This document shows, one piece after another, positions 40,212 to 50,601 of a DNA stretch of 64,000 nucleotides (position 1 is the stretch's first letter; each line of letters opens with the position of its first letter). Made by a program: the position numbers and the translations under genes. The notes under the pieces were generated by a model. That model was not told the origin of the DNA. It did no database searches and saw nothing but the letters and a program-made list of their open reading frames with translations. The stretch spans positions 1,856,001 through 1,920,000 of the forward strand of contig OY843768.1 of assembly GCA_963693095.2 (NCBI GenBank). The letters run 5' to 3'. Source of the stretch: Cenarchaeum sp. (GTDB lineage: Archaea > Thermoproteota > Nitrososphaeria > Nitrososphaerales > Nitrosopumilaceae).

Positions 40212-41600
40212 ATGGCTGTTGGGACACTGTTGGTGGGCGGCGCCCTCGTTGGCCTTATCGCCGCAGTCGCGCCGAACAGGGACGATCCAAAAGCTCGCCA
40301 TGAACGAGGTGTTTCCATGTACAAGCTCGGCCGTCACGCCGAAGCTCTAACAGAGTTTAATCGTGCCATAGAGCTCGACTCTCAAAACGCCGAGATATAC
40401 AGCAACAAAGGCTATGCGCTACGTGCCCTAAAGCGCCATGATGAGGCACTTGGGGCATTCAAGAAGGCCGTCGAGATAACGCCCTACAGCGTGATTGCTC
40501 ATAGCGACTATGGGCGTCTTTTGTACGTGCTTGGCAAATACGTCGATGCGCTTGAGGAGTTTAGGCGAATTACCAAGCTGCAGCCCGAAAATGCAATTGC
40601 GCATAGTAATGCGGGCTATGCCTTATATGCCATGGAGCGATACAACGAGGCACTTGCCGAATTTAACAAAGCTATCGAGCTTCGTCCAGACGACGCCTCC
40701 GCACATGGTTGTGTGGGCTCTATCCTAGGTGCACTGGGTCGTTACGACGATGCTCTCTCTGCCTTTACGCGTGCTACCGAGCTTGATCCTGAGGATATTG
40801 ACACGCATAACAGGAAAAACGACGTCCTGCGCATACTTGGCCGTGACGCCACAGTGTTGTCAACCACCCTGACATCAGAACAGAATTCAGGCAAGACTGC
40901 ACTTCATGGAGGCAACGCGCTGCTTACGCTTGGGCGTGACGGCGAAGCCCTTGGCGCCTTTGATCACGCAATATCACTTGACCCTTCATCCCCATCAGCC
41001 TATTTTGGCCGTGCCCACGCCCTGCTCAACCTCGGTCGTTACGATGAGGCGCTCGACTCGCTTGACACGGTCATAGATCTGGGTCCTGTGGAGGCCAAAG
41101 TGCACATCAGTCGTGGTGCCGCCCTGCTCAACCTCGGCTGCCACGACGATGCCCTTGAGGCCTTTGATCGCGCCATCTCGCTGGATCCTGGCCAACAGTC
41201 GGCTCACTTTGGCCGTGCCCACGCCCTGCTCAACCTCGGCCACGATGATGACGCTATCGAGTCCTTTGACAGGGCAGCAGCTCTGGATCCCAACAACATT
41301 GACTTGCACAGCAGTCGTGGCGCCGCCCTGCTCAACCTTGGCCGCCACGCCGCCGCACTCGACTCGCTTGACAGGGTTGCCGAGCTGGATCCTGACAATG
41401 CTGAAACGCACGGCACTCGTGGCGCCGCCCTGCTCAGCCTCGGCCGCCATGACGATGCCCTTGAGGCCTTTGATCGCGCCATCTCGCTGGATCCTGGCCA
41501 ACAGTCGGCTCACCTTGGCCGTGGCGCCGCCCTGCTCAACCTCGGCGACCATGATGGGGCCAAGAAATCGCTCGATCGCGCAATCAGTCAACCTTCATAG
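40212..41600 (+). CDS. TPR repeat protein with N-terminal hydrophobic anchor
   Basis: 'MAVGTLLVGGALVGLIAAVA' followed by TPRs, with near-identical internal DNA repeats at a 306-bp offset. Confidence 0.92.
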   Translation: MAVGTLLVGGALVGLIAAVAPNRDDPKARHERGVSMYKLGRHAEALTEFNRAIELDSQNAEIYSNKGYALRALKRHDEALGAFKKAVEITPYSVIAHSDYGRLLYVLGKYVDALEEFRRITKLQPENAIAHSNAGYALYAMERYNEALAEFNKAIELRPDDASAHGCVGSILGALGRYDDALSAFTRATELDPEDIDTHNRKNDVLRILGRDATVLSTTLTSEQNSGKTALHGGNALLTLGRDGEALGAFDHAISLDPSSPSAYFGRAHALLNLGRYDEALDSLDTVIDLGPVEAKVHISRGAALLNLGCHDDALEAFDRAISLDPGQQSAHFGRAHALLNLGHDDDAIESFDRAAALDPNNIDLHSSRGAALLNLGRHAAALDSLDRVAELDPDNAETHGTRGAALLSLGRHDDALEAFDRAISLDPGQQSAHLGRGAALLNLGDHDGAKKSLDRAISQPS

Positions 41601-41863
41601 GAGTAAACTTTGCGATGAGTCGAGTCTGCGATCATTTTGTGGTTGCTCACACGCCCCATGTGGATGACCCCGCTCCGTCAGGCACATGATCAACTACTGT
41701 GATATCGGCCCCCGGGCGCACGTCGGGCAAGACTCTCGCGTCATGTTAGGGAGGCGGGAGATGCAACTTGCATAATCTGCCCTGTGCTGTCTCGGGGGCG
41801 CCACTGACCTCGTGCCTAGCCCACGCCATCACATTATTATGGTGCCGCACATTAATCATCTGC

Positions 41864-42985
41864 ATGACAAACGACGGGCGCGCCGTGTGTGCAGACCGCT
41901 ATTCCTATGCGGATCAGACATCGCTGAGCAGGGCAGTCAACCTGCTCCTTGATCACTGTGACTGCCATCGCGAGGCGCAGTTCAGCGACGCAATCCCCCC
42001 AACATGCCCGCAGCACCCACACTCGAGGAGATTCCTAGTCGATAGCGTGCCGTGCTGCGCGTTTGAGCCCTGCTCTACAGTTGAGCTCAGCCCACATGGC
42101 AAGATCACGTATTCGAGCGAAGAGTCTGCCCGCCGGGCCGGTGACCGGGATCAGGCAATGCTCCAGCTTGACTGGCACCTCATAGAGTCCTCTGACGTGC
42201 CGCAGCTTGCCGACACGCGCGCCATGGATCCGGACGGCAATGCGCCGTCTGCCCCGCTTGCCGCCGGATTTAGGATGCGGCGGACATGTCTTGACACGCA
42301 AGAATGTGCCGAATTCCGGGTTCCCTTGCCCAACGGCCGGACAGTCACGTGCGATCAGGCATCTGAGAAAATATCGCGCATGCCGCACTTTGAGCTTACA
42401 GTCAAGAGGCCTGACTTTGTGCGTCACGGCGATTGTGCCTTTTACCATGACATGGCTGAGAGCATATGGTGGCGCGAAGATGCCATGTGCATTGAGCAGC
42501 TGATGGCACTAGACGGCCAGGAGACGTTTGGCTGCCACTGGGACTCTACGCTAGCCGACCTCGAACTCTTTATTGCCAGGCTAAACCGCTCACGTCCGCC
42601 TGGGTTAAAGCTAGACACGGTATTTGTAAACTATGGCCTGTATATTTTGCTCTTTGGACGTGATCCTCAAACACTCGACTGGCCTGAAGAGTTCCCCGAA
42701 TACCGGAACATGGTGCGCCTGAACGGCATCACGTTCCTGCACTCCTCCTCGCTGCCCCTTGACTTCTCATTTGCCACGTCGTCTGCCCAGGGTCCGGTGT
42801 TTGTCCACGGCCCGTCCATACTGCGCTGTACGGACTCTGAGATCAAAGTCGAACGCTATTGTCATCTTGTTGCCCCGCCCCCTGGCATGCCAAGTGTTCC
42901 ATGGGGTGTCAGATTTAACGTGACGATGGAGTGGACAACAAGCAAACGGCAGTCTGTAAAGGAAAGCGTGGATGTTACACTATAA
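41864..42985 (+). CDS. hypothetical protein; Cys/His-rich N-terminus plus possible HK97/encapsulin-fold C-terminus
   Basis: 'MAESIWWREDAMCIEQL', 'DTVFVNYGLY..L', 'LNGITFLHSSSLP' follow the HK97 motif order; the fold call is tentative. Confidence 0.5.
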   Translation: MTNDGRAVCADRYSYADQTSLSRAVNLLLDHCDCHREAQFSDAIPPTCPQHPHSRRFLVDSVPCCAFEPCSTVELSPHGKITYSSEESARRAGDRDQAMLQLDWHLIESSDVPQLADTRAMDPDGNAPSAPLAAGFRMRRTCLDTQECAEFRVPLPNGRTVTCDQASEKISRMPHFELTVKRPDFVRHGDCAFYHDMAESIWWREDAMCIEQLMALDGQETFGCHWDSTLADLELFIARLNRSRPPGLKLDTVFVNYGLYILLFGRDPQTLDWPEEFPEYRNMVRLNGITFLHSSSLPLDFSFATSSAQGPVFVHGPSILRCTDSEIKVERYCHLVAPPPGMPSVPWGVRFNVTMEWTTSKRQSVKESVDVTL

Positions 42986-43081
42986 CAATTGCGCACCCTG
43001 TGTAATTCGGTCCCCTGATGTGGCGCTGACATGGGAATCAGCTGACACAATGGCCATAGCCAACAGGCGCCTGTCTATCTA

Positions 43082-44181
43082 TACTGACGAGCAAAAGTTC
43101 GTGCCATGATCAAACTTTCCCGACCCGCATGCTATATGGATCGCCCCTCCCCACGCCCCGCATGGAAGGCCAAGAGCTGGAAGCGTTCCGCAGGGCACTC
43201 CGCGACGAGAGGGACGCCGACGTCAGGTACAGGTTTGCCGCGGTCAACATGCACGAGAACCGGGGGATGACGCGCGAGGAGGTCGCACTTGCGCTCATGC
43301 AGTGCCCCAGGTGGGTCGGCAAGTGGGTCGCGCGCTACCGGAGTGGCGGTGTCGAGGCCCTGCGGGACCGCCCCCGCCCCGGCAGGCCGCCGCTGGTCGC
43401 GCGGCAGAGGCTTGGCCGCCTGATTGGCCGAATGCCCGGGCGCGTCACGCCCGCAGAGGTCATGCTGGAGATCGAGCTGGCCACCGGCGTGAGGTTCCAC
43501 ATGTCGTACGTCAGGAAAATAATGCGCAGGGCCGGCCTCTCCGCCAAGCGGACGCGCCTGGTGCACGTGAACAGGGCCGACGGGCCGACTGTAGCCAGCT
43601 GGCAGCGCAGGGTGCGGCGCAAGATAAGGCGCCTCAGGCGCGCCGGATTCACCGTCGTGGTGCAGGACGAGACCATCGCCGTGCACGGCGCCGCCGGCGG
43701 ATCAAAGTACTGGTCGCTCGTGGGCGTCCCCGTCGTCGCCCCGTACACCGGGGGCCACAGGAGGGTCGTGGTGTACGGCGCGATCTCCACTGACGGGAAG
43801 CAGATCTTCCGGGTGCGCGACAGGTTCGATGCGGAGACGTTTGTCGCGTTCCTGCGCGACATGCGCAGGAGGTTCGGCAGGGTCGCCGTGATCGTCGACA
43901 GGGCGCCGCAGCACAGGGCCGCGGCGGTGAGGGACTATCTTCGCGCCCACAGGGCGGTGAGGCTGATCGAGCTGCCCACCGGCTCGCCGTACCTCAACGC
44001 GATCGAGGAGGTGTGGCGGCAGGCAAAGCGGGCGCTGCTGGTCTCCGAGCACTACCCCACCATGGGGGAGATGCGGACGGCGGTGTCACGGCACTTCAGG
44101 CACACGAGGTACCGGCTCGACGTGATGGCATACCTGGGCCGGACGTCGCTGGAATGCGGCACGGACTTTTGATCGGCAGTA
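43082..44181 (+). mobile_element. IS630-family element, copy 2 (transposase 43129..44172)
   Basis: Same TIRs, TA duplication; transposase identical to copy 1. Confidence 0.97.
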
Positions 44182-45250
44182 TAGTTGGTCTAGACATCGC
44201 ACAGACTGCGGCATTTCCACGTATTTGAAGCATAGTTGGTGGATCAAAAAAGAGTCGTCTTGATCATCTTCAATCAATGTATCAAGCCAGTAATCTTGCA
44301 TTAAGGCACCACTCCTAGTGCACATGAGGCATGTTTAGCAGACAGGCAGGCATTGTTCTGTGAACAAGCAGGGGTGAACAAGGCAAGGTTTTTCTGGCAA
44401 GCAATGCGTTGCGAGGGACGCCACGTCTTGATCTCCAGTAGCCTCACAAATAGCGTGATTGTCCTCATGCGCCTGACAAGGCGCTGATTGAGTCTAGGGA
44501 TGCGGCGGCTTTTGGAGCGAGAACACGACGCGTGTTTATGGCAAACACGCCGGATCGTCAGGATGTGCGCGGCTTGCAGACTGTCCAGGTACCCACGTAG
44601 CAGGGTAGCCACTAATGAGGTCAACGAGCCAATGCCGATCAGGCTCTCAAACGCAGCAACATCTCCGTCTTGCATATGTTATCCACCATTCGGACATATT
44701 TAAGGATTGTGCCAAGTGGGCAGCTTAGATTTTGGATCACTAGACAATTTGTTCACAATTCTTAAATTTTAGGCATGGGTACCAGTGTTATGGAGGTGAA
44801 AGTATGACAACGGAACAGTCTGGCAATGACCAGAGATCGGACGTAAAAAATCCGAATAATGCGGCCCACAAGGCTGACATGGCAAATCGGTCAAGTCAAA
44901 AGAAAAAGTAAGTGTGCCTAAAGGCACAGATATGGCGTAATAGTATAGTCCAGTATAAAAATTAGCGTCAATCATCTTAAAATTATTTTTTTATTTTCAT
45001 TTTTTTATAATACTTACCAATCCAAAGTCATTTCAAAAGAGAGGCAGCGCATAAATCGAAGGATTTGATCCAAAGTCCCATATGTATAAAGCCCAATTGA
45101 CAAACCACGCCAACATATTTTAAAACGTAGGCCAGTAGGCCTGGACACATGCAGCGAGGCACAACGCATGGCAGGAGATCCAGTGGCGCATGGACTGCTC
45201 AGGCCTGCCATTCACAGAATGCCCAATCGCACGGGCATGAATGCAGTACC

Positions 45251-45931
45251 ATGCGCATAGGCGCCAAAATGGCCATGATCCTAGCGGCAGGCGTAGTCTT
45301 TGCCTCAATGCCGTTCCAGGAGGCCATTGCCCAGTCCGACGAGGCAGATGCCGGAGGCCGCATCGCAGAGGAGGTTCGACGGCTCGGAGACCAAGTGGAA
45401 AAAGCTAACAGGCATAGCGAATCGCTGTTTAAGCTGTCATTGTATATAGGCGCGGGGATTGCCCTAGTCGCCATAGCAGGAACAGCCATTAACACCATGT
45501 ACTTGCATCGCCACTTCAGCATATTAGAAAAAGACGCAAAAGAGAGGCTTCGTCCTGTGCTTGTCTGGACCGCGTTTGAGAAGAAAATTACAGACAAATA
45601 TAGAGGCATCCCAGGAGACAACATCGCAATCCAGATAGTCAACGCAGGCCATGTTGTTGCAATACGCATTACAAGCGTCACAAGGTATGGCATGGGAAGA
45701 GACTTTGAGTCAGGAAAGGCCAGGAATCAAACCTGCGATCTAGGAGCATTGCCGCCCAATGAGTTCATAGTGATACCCGTACGGATATCCCCAGAACAGA
45801 GAACAGAGATCCAGGAGAGTGAAGAGACATTTCGTGTCGAGATTGACCTAGAATACTATGATGTCGGAGACAAGAAATTCACAAACAAGATAGTTGGAGT
45901 CTATGACGGAAAAGGAATGAGGCTGAAGTGA
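45251..45931 (+). CDS. secreted/membrane hypothetical protein
   Basis: Signal peptide, coiled coil, TM, 'RPVL...I.NAG..VA' Ig-like C-terminus. Confidence 0.7.
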   Translation: MRIGAKMAMILAAGVVFASMPFQEAIAQSDEADAGGRIAEEVRRLGDQVEKANRHSESLFKLSLYIGAGIALVAIAGTAINTMYLHRHFSILEKDAKERLRPVLVWTAFEKKITDKYRGIPGDNIAIQIVNAGHVVAIRITSVTRYGMGRDFESGKARNQTCDLGALPPNEFIVIPVRISPEQRTEIQESEETFRVEIDLEYYDVGDKKFTNKIVGVYDGKGMRLK

Positions 45932-46420
45932 TGAGAACGCGAGGAAAGCACCAGTGGGGCAACAGAGGCAGGGCATGACAAAAAGCGGGCGTATGCAAAC
46001 AAAAAGGCAGAGCAAAGAAATGAGCGCAGGGGCAGGCCCATTCGTGGACAGTGCTGGATTACACCATGGCGTTTAATAAGATCCTGGCTACGCATTGCGC
46101 CGATGGCCAAGGGGGAGGATTTGAAGAGTGGAGACAACACACCAAAGGATGACAACAAACTAGAGGCACTCTATCGGCAATTTGACGCCTCAGACAATGT
46201 CATATACGACAAGGGCAAAAAGGACAAGTCAGACTGAACCCTGGCGAAGATAAAGGGCAGGACGAGCCCTTAATGACATGTTGCGAGAGGGCATATAGTC
46301 CCACAAATAGTCCATAGAGAGCATCTTTGTGAATACAAGCAACGAGCAGCGCCTGCTAGTCACACGCGGCGCCCACATTGCCATTCCCAATCACAATTAC
46401 AAACTATGCGTCAAAAAATG

Positions 46421-46924
46421 TCAAAATGACGTGGTTGTTTCTGACAAACCTTGTCCAAATTGCACGATGGGTCTACCCTCTTTCGAGTTAACTTGTGGAG
46501 GCGCAAAAGTATAGCCACTTTTGTCTATGTTCGGCATCAAGTCTAGCACGTGTGAGTGTGTATTATTCAGGCCGTTATTGTCTTTTATGAGATCATGTTC
46601 GAGGTGTTTGCAATTCTCTAAACTTAGTTTGAGCGGCAAATGAACCGGCGATTGTTCTGTCTTGTGTTGAGAAAACTCTAGTTTTAGATCTAGCACGTCA
46701 AGCTCGTACTCGTTATTGGGATCAGGGTGCGCTGTTCCATATTTTGCTCTTAACTTATCCTCACGCTCCAATTCCCTGTCAACTGCATCTTGAACCTTTG
46801 CAGGCAGCGAGTCATACTTGAAGACGCCAAATTTCATGCATCCGATAATCTCGTTTAGAGTCAGTGTGGAATTGCCACACTCCTTGGCAAAAGTGTTCTC
46901 AAATACTTCTTCCTTGCGCTCCAC
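46421..46924 (-). CDS. uncharacterised 'FENTFA' family protein (subtype B)
   Basis: 'VFENTFAKECGN..LT.NEIIGCMKFGVFKYD.LP'; TATA tttattaa upstream; T-rich tract downstream. Confidence 0.8.
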   Translation of the reverse strand: MERKEEVFENTFAKECGNSTLTLNEIIGCMKFGVFKYDSLPAKVQDAVDRELEREDKLRAKYGTAHPDPNNEYELDVLDLKLEFSQHKTEQSPVHLPLKLSLENCKHLEHDLIKDNNGLNNTHSHVLDLMPNIDKSGYTFAPPQVNSKEGRPIVQFGQGLSETTTSF

Positions 46925-46982
46925 GACCTCATCCCTTGTGGTAGGTTAATAAACTTTGGGCGCATATAGCATAACGAACATA

Positions 46983-48082
46983 TACTGACGAGCAAAAGTT
47001 CGTGCCATGATCAAACTTTCCCGACCCGCATGCTATATGGATCGCCCCTCCCCACGCCCCGCATGGAAGGCCAAGAGCTGGAAGCGTTCCGCAGGGCACT
47101 CCGCGACGAGAGGGACGGCGACGTCAGGTACAGGTTTGCCGCGGTCAACATGCACGAGAACCTGGGTATGACGCGCGAGGAGGTCGCACTTGCGCTCATG
47201 CAGTGCCCCAGGTGGGTCGGCAAGTGGGTCGCGCGCTACCGGAGTGGCGGTGTCGAGGCCCTGCGGGACCGCCCCCGCCCCGGCAGGCCGCCGCTGGTCG
47301 CGCGGCAGAAGCTTGGCCGCCTGATTGGCCGAATGCCCGGGCGCGTCACGCCCGCAGAGGTCATGCTGGAGATCGAGCGGGCCGCCGGCGTGAGGTTCCA
47401 CATGTCGCACGTCAGGAAAATAATGCGCAGGGCCGGCCTCTCCGCCAAGCGGACGCGCCTGGTGCACGTGAACAGGGCCGACGGGCCGACGGTCGCCGGC
47501 TGGCAGCGCGTGGTGCGGCGCGAGATAGGGCGCCTCAGGCGCGCCGGATTCACCGTCGCCGTGCAGGACGAGACCATCGCCGTGCACGGCGCAGCCGACG
47601 GATCAAAGTACTGGTCGCGCGTGGGCGTCCCCGTCGTCGCCCCGTACACCGGGGGACACAGGAGGGTCGTGGTGTACGGCGCGATCTCCACTGACGGGAA
47701 GCAGATCTTCCGGGTGCACGACAGGTTCGATGCGGAGACGTTCGTCGCGTTCCTGCGCGACCTGCACGGGAAGTTCGGCAGGGTCGCCGTGATCGTCGAC
47801 AGGGCGCCGCAGCACAGGGCCGCGGCGGTGAAGGACTATCTTCGCGCCCACAGGGCGGTGAGGCTGATCGAGCTGCCCACCGGCTCGCCGTACCTCAGCG
47901 CGATCGATGGGGCGTGGCGGCAGGCAAAGCGGGCACTGCTGGTCTCCGAGCACTACCCCACCATGGTGGAGATGCGGACGGCGGTGTCACGGCACTTCAG
48001 GCACACGAGGTACCGGCTCGACGTGATGTCCTACCTGGGCCGGACGTCGCTGGAAGGCGGCACGGACTTTTGATCGGCAGTA
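46983..48082 (+). mobile_element. IS630-family element, copy 3 (diverged; transposase 47030..48073)
   Basis: Same TIRs and TA duplication; third catalytic motif reads 'LSAID' instead of 'LNAIE'. Confidence 0.96.
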
Positions 48083-48392
48083 TAGTTGATCTTTCAGGGC
48101 TGATTACAGGGGATGGAGGCGGCGGTTTTCACGTATTGTGGCTTTTGCCGGGATGGGCTCCCCGTTATGGCCTCGTTGGGGGTTCGCTATGATCCCGCTG
48201 GGATCCTGTAACGGGAGATCAACGGAGAACGTGCGGGTGTGGTGCGGGATCCATGCGGGACCCATGCAGGGGGTTATGGGTGTTATTTGCCACTAGTTAC
48301 AATCCATACTAGTGTTACAATACCAACAATGGCGTAGGTGATGAATTTGATGGGTCCTAAACCAAACACGCCCCGACGAGCCCCGAGCGTGA

Positions 48393-49022
48393 TTAAAACT
48401 TTACCGCTCTGGGCTCCCGTCCATCCTTACGCGAGTCGAGCTCGGCGAGAATGCCCTCTCTGGCCTCGCGCAGCCCCTTATCGCGCGGCGCAAGCTCTAT
48501 CGCGCGATCCATCGACGCCAGCGCCCCGTCAAGGTCATCGTTCTCGGCTAGCGTCGCTGCCCTCACCGCGTGCATCTCAAAGTCAGACGGGTCAAGTGCG
48601 ATCGACTCGTCAATAAAGTCAAGGGCCTCGTCGTGGAGACCCGCGGTGAGAAGGACGGTTGCCCTCATATGACGCACGCGCGCATCACCAGAGCCAAACT
48701 CCATTGCGCGATCAACCGAGTCGAGTGCCTCATCAAGCCTTCCGAGCGCGGCAAGTGAGACTCCCCTCATCGCCAGGGCCAGGGCGCGCTTTTTGTGTCC
48801 CCAGTTGCCCATCATCGTCATGTAGTGCGAGCTGTTGTTGCGTTCCTCTTCATCAAACACGTCGAGGACCCTGTCATATGCGGCAACGGCCTCAGCATGC
48901 CGACCCTCCCTGGCCAGCACATGCGCATCATCGATGCGCTCAAGCGGCGTCTTTGAGCGCCAGGCGGCAATCGCGATGATCGCGATTATGGCAAAAAGAC
49001 CCAGCAGGATTGCCTCAATCAT
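48393..49022 (-). CDS. membrane-anchored TPR protein
   Basis: N-terminal TM 'IEAILLGLFAIIAIIAIAAW' followed by TPRs. Confidence 0.88.
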   Translation of the reverse strand: MIEAILLGLFAIIAIIAIAAWRSKTPLERIDDAHVLAREGRHAEAVAAYDRVLDVFDEEERNNSSHYMTMMGNWGHKKRALALAMRGVSLAALGRLDEALDSVDRAMEFGSGDARVRHMRATVLLTAGLHDEALDFIDESIALDPSDFEMHAVRAATLAENDDLDGALASMDRAIELAPRDKGLREAREGILAELDSRKDGREPRAVKF

Positions 49023-49124
49023 AGGATCACGGATCCCGCACTGACGTGCTCAATAACGAGTGTTGGGAGTAGCATGATCCCAAACCACTGCATATGGGGG
49101 TTTGGGGTGTGGCCGGTTAAATGT

Positions 49125-49868
49125 TTAGTGGAAGGGGCGGCTTTGTCCACGAATGCGCACGGGCAGCCATCCCAGGGGATCGCATGGCATGAAATTCCTG
49201 CCCCCGCCTGCCCCTGCCGTGGATCCCGGAGCCCCGGCTTCGGATCCCGCGCCGGGATCGCCGCGGCGTGCGCAGCTCCCGCTGGGCGCACACGCTCCGT
49301 GCTCGCGCATACGGTCACGCACGTGCGCAAATACCCGCTTGAGCATCTTTTTTTCGTACAGACGACTGCCGTGCATGACACGGGCCGCAAACTCATCATC
49401 CGTGTCGTCCAACTCGAGGTCTCGCAGCGCAAATGTTATGGCCTGGAGCCATCGAGATCCCCGCCCCCGGGCCAAGTCCACAAATGTCTCAAATGCTCCA
49501 GGCATTTGCCCAAACGGATCAATGGTGTCCTTTATGCCATCGGTCTCGTAGATGTCAATGCTCATGTCAGTTGAGAACGCGCCATTCTCCAGAAAGTTGA
49601 ACTCATAGTGCAGCGGAACCCCCAATGTCTTGGCAATGTAGGCATGCTTTTGCAACTTGTTCTGCGCCTCAAAGGTGGTGAGGAGATCGCCCTCTAGAAA
49701 GTCGGCCTGCTGCAGGCGCTCGATCAGGCTGGCCAGCATTACAATTTTGCCTGGTTGCTCCAACGCAACGCCTTTGGCAGTCGTTGGCTCTTGCTGCATG
49801 GACGCTTGCGCGTCATTCCCGCCGTTCCTTATCATCGCGAACAGTGACTCGACCTTTTTTTGGTCCAT
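49125..49868 (-). CDS. SocA/Panacea-like protein
   Basis: 'KLQKHAYIAKTLG..L.YEFNFLENGAFS'; start uncertain; C-terminus extended relative to its paralog. Confidence 0.65.
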   Translation of the reverse strand: MDQKKVESLFAMIRNGGNDAQASMQQEPTTAKGVALEQPGKIVMLASLIERLQQADFLEGDLLTTFEAQNKLQKHAYIAKTLGVPLHYEFNFLENGAFSTDMSIDIYETDGIKDTIDPFGQMPGAFETFVDLARGRGSRWLQAITFALRDLELDDTDDEFAARVMHGSRLYEKKMLKRVFAHVRDRMREHGACAPSGSCARRGDPGAGSEAGAPGSTAGAGGGRNFMPCDPLGWLPVRIRGQSRPFH

Positions 49869-50230
49869 TGCGAGGAGCCCCACAATTGGCACGCAAAAGT
49901 CCGCATTGCGTGCCAACGTAATGATATTGGCATACATAAAATTACCCGTGCTGCGCATATTTTCACCATTGTTCAATCGTGCGCCTTTTAGGATGGGGGA
50001 CTTGCAAAAGCGCCGTACGTATTGTTGCCCACTAGACGATCTCCGCCGTATACGCCTGTCCTTGGGAGACATGGGTCAAAATAATGGCCATTTACTATTA
50101 AATATTTGTTGAAAACCGCGGGTATGGAGCCGACACCTAGACCGCACGCATGACCTCCACGGTCCCTCCCGGTGACGGTAAGCCTTGTGACCTGGAGCCC
50201 ACTCTGGAGGTAATCGCAATCAGTGTTGCC

Positions 50231-50497
50231 CTATACCCTGTCTACGGTATATCGGCCGGGGTTGTCCTTTTTCATCTGCTTTTGCCGATCCGAAAGTTGG
50301 GCATCGCCGGTCTTTACCTCGTGATACCCGTCCTTGATGCCGTTCCTGCAGCCCTCGGCATAAAAGTCCGAGCCATCGCCTGTTGGCTCCACGATCTCGC
50401 AATTGTCCCTGAGGCGCTTTTCAACCTGCCTCTCGCCCGCTTTGCCGCGTTCGCTGTTCTCCCTGATGGTGCGTTCCTTATCACGCGCTGATGACAT
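50231..50497 (-). CDS. minimal PD-(D/E)XK endonuclease-fold protein
   Basis: 'GKAGERQV...GSDF...HEVKTG.AQLS..Q'. Confidence 0.7.
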   Translation of the reverse strand: MSSARDKERTIRENSERGKAGERQVEKRLRDNCEIVEPTGDGSDFYAEGCRNGIKDGYHEVKTGDAQLSDRQKQMKKDNPGRYTVDRV

Positions 50498-50601
50498 GGG
50501 CAGACTTGCGACCATTCTATCTATTAACTCACCTCAGATGGCGTGCCTGGCCACGCGCCCAAAACGTGCCCTGCGGGGGAGAATTGATGTGTCTGGCTTG
50601 C

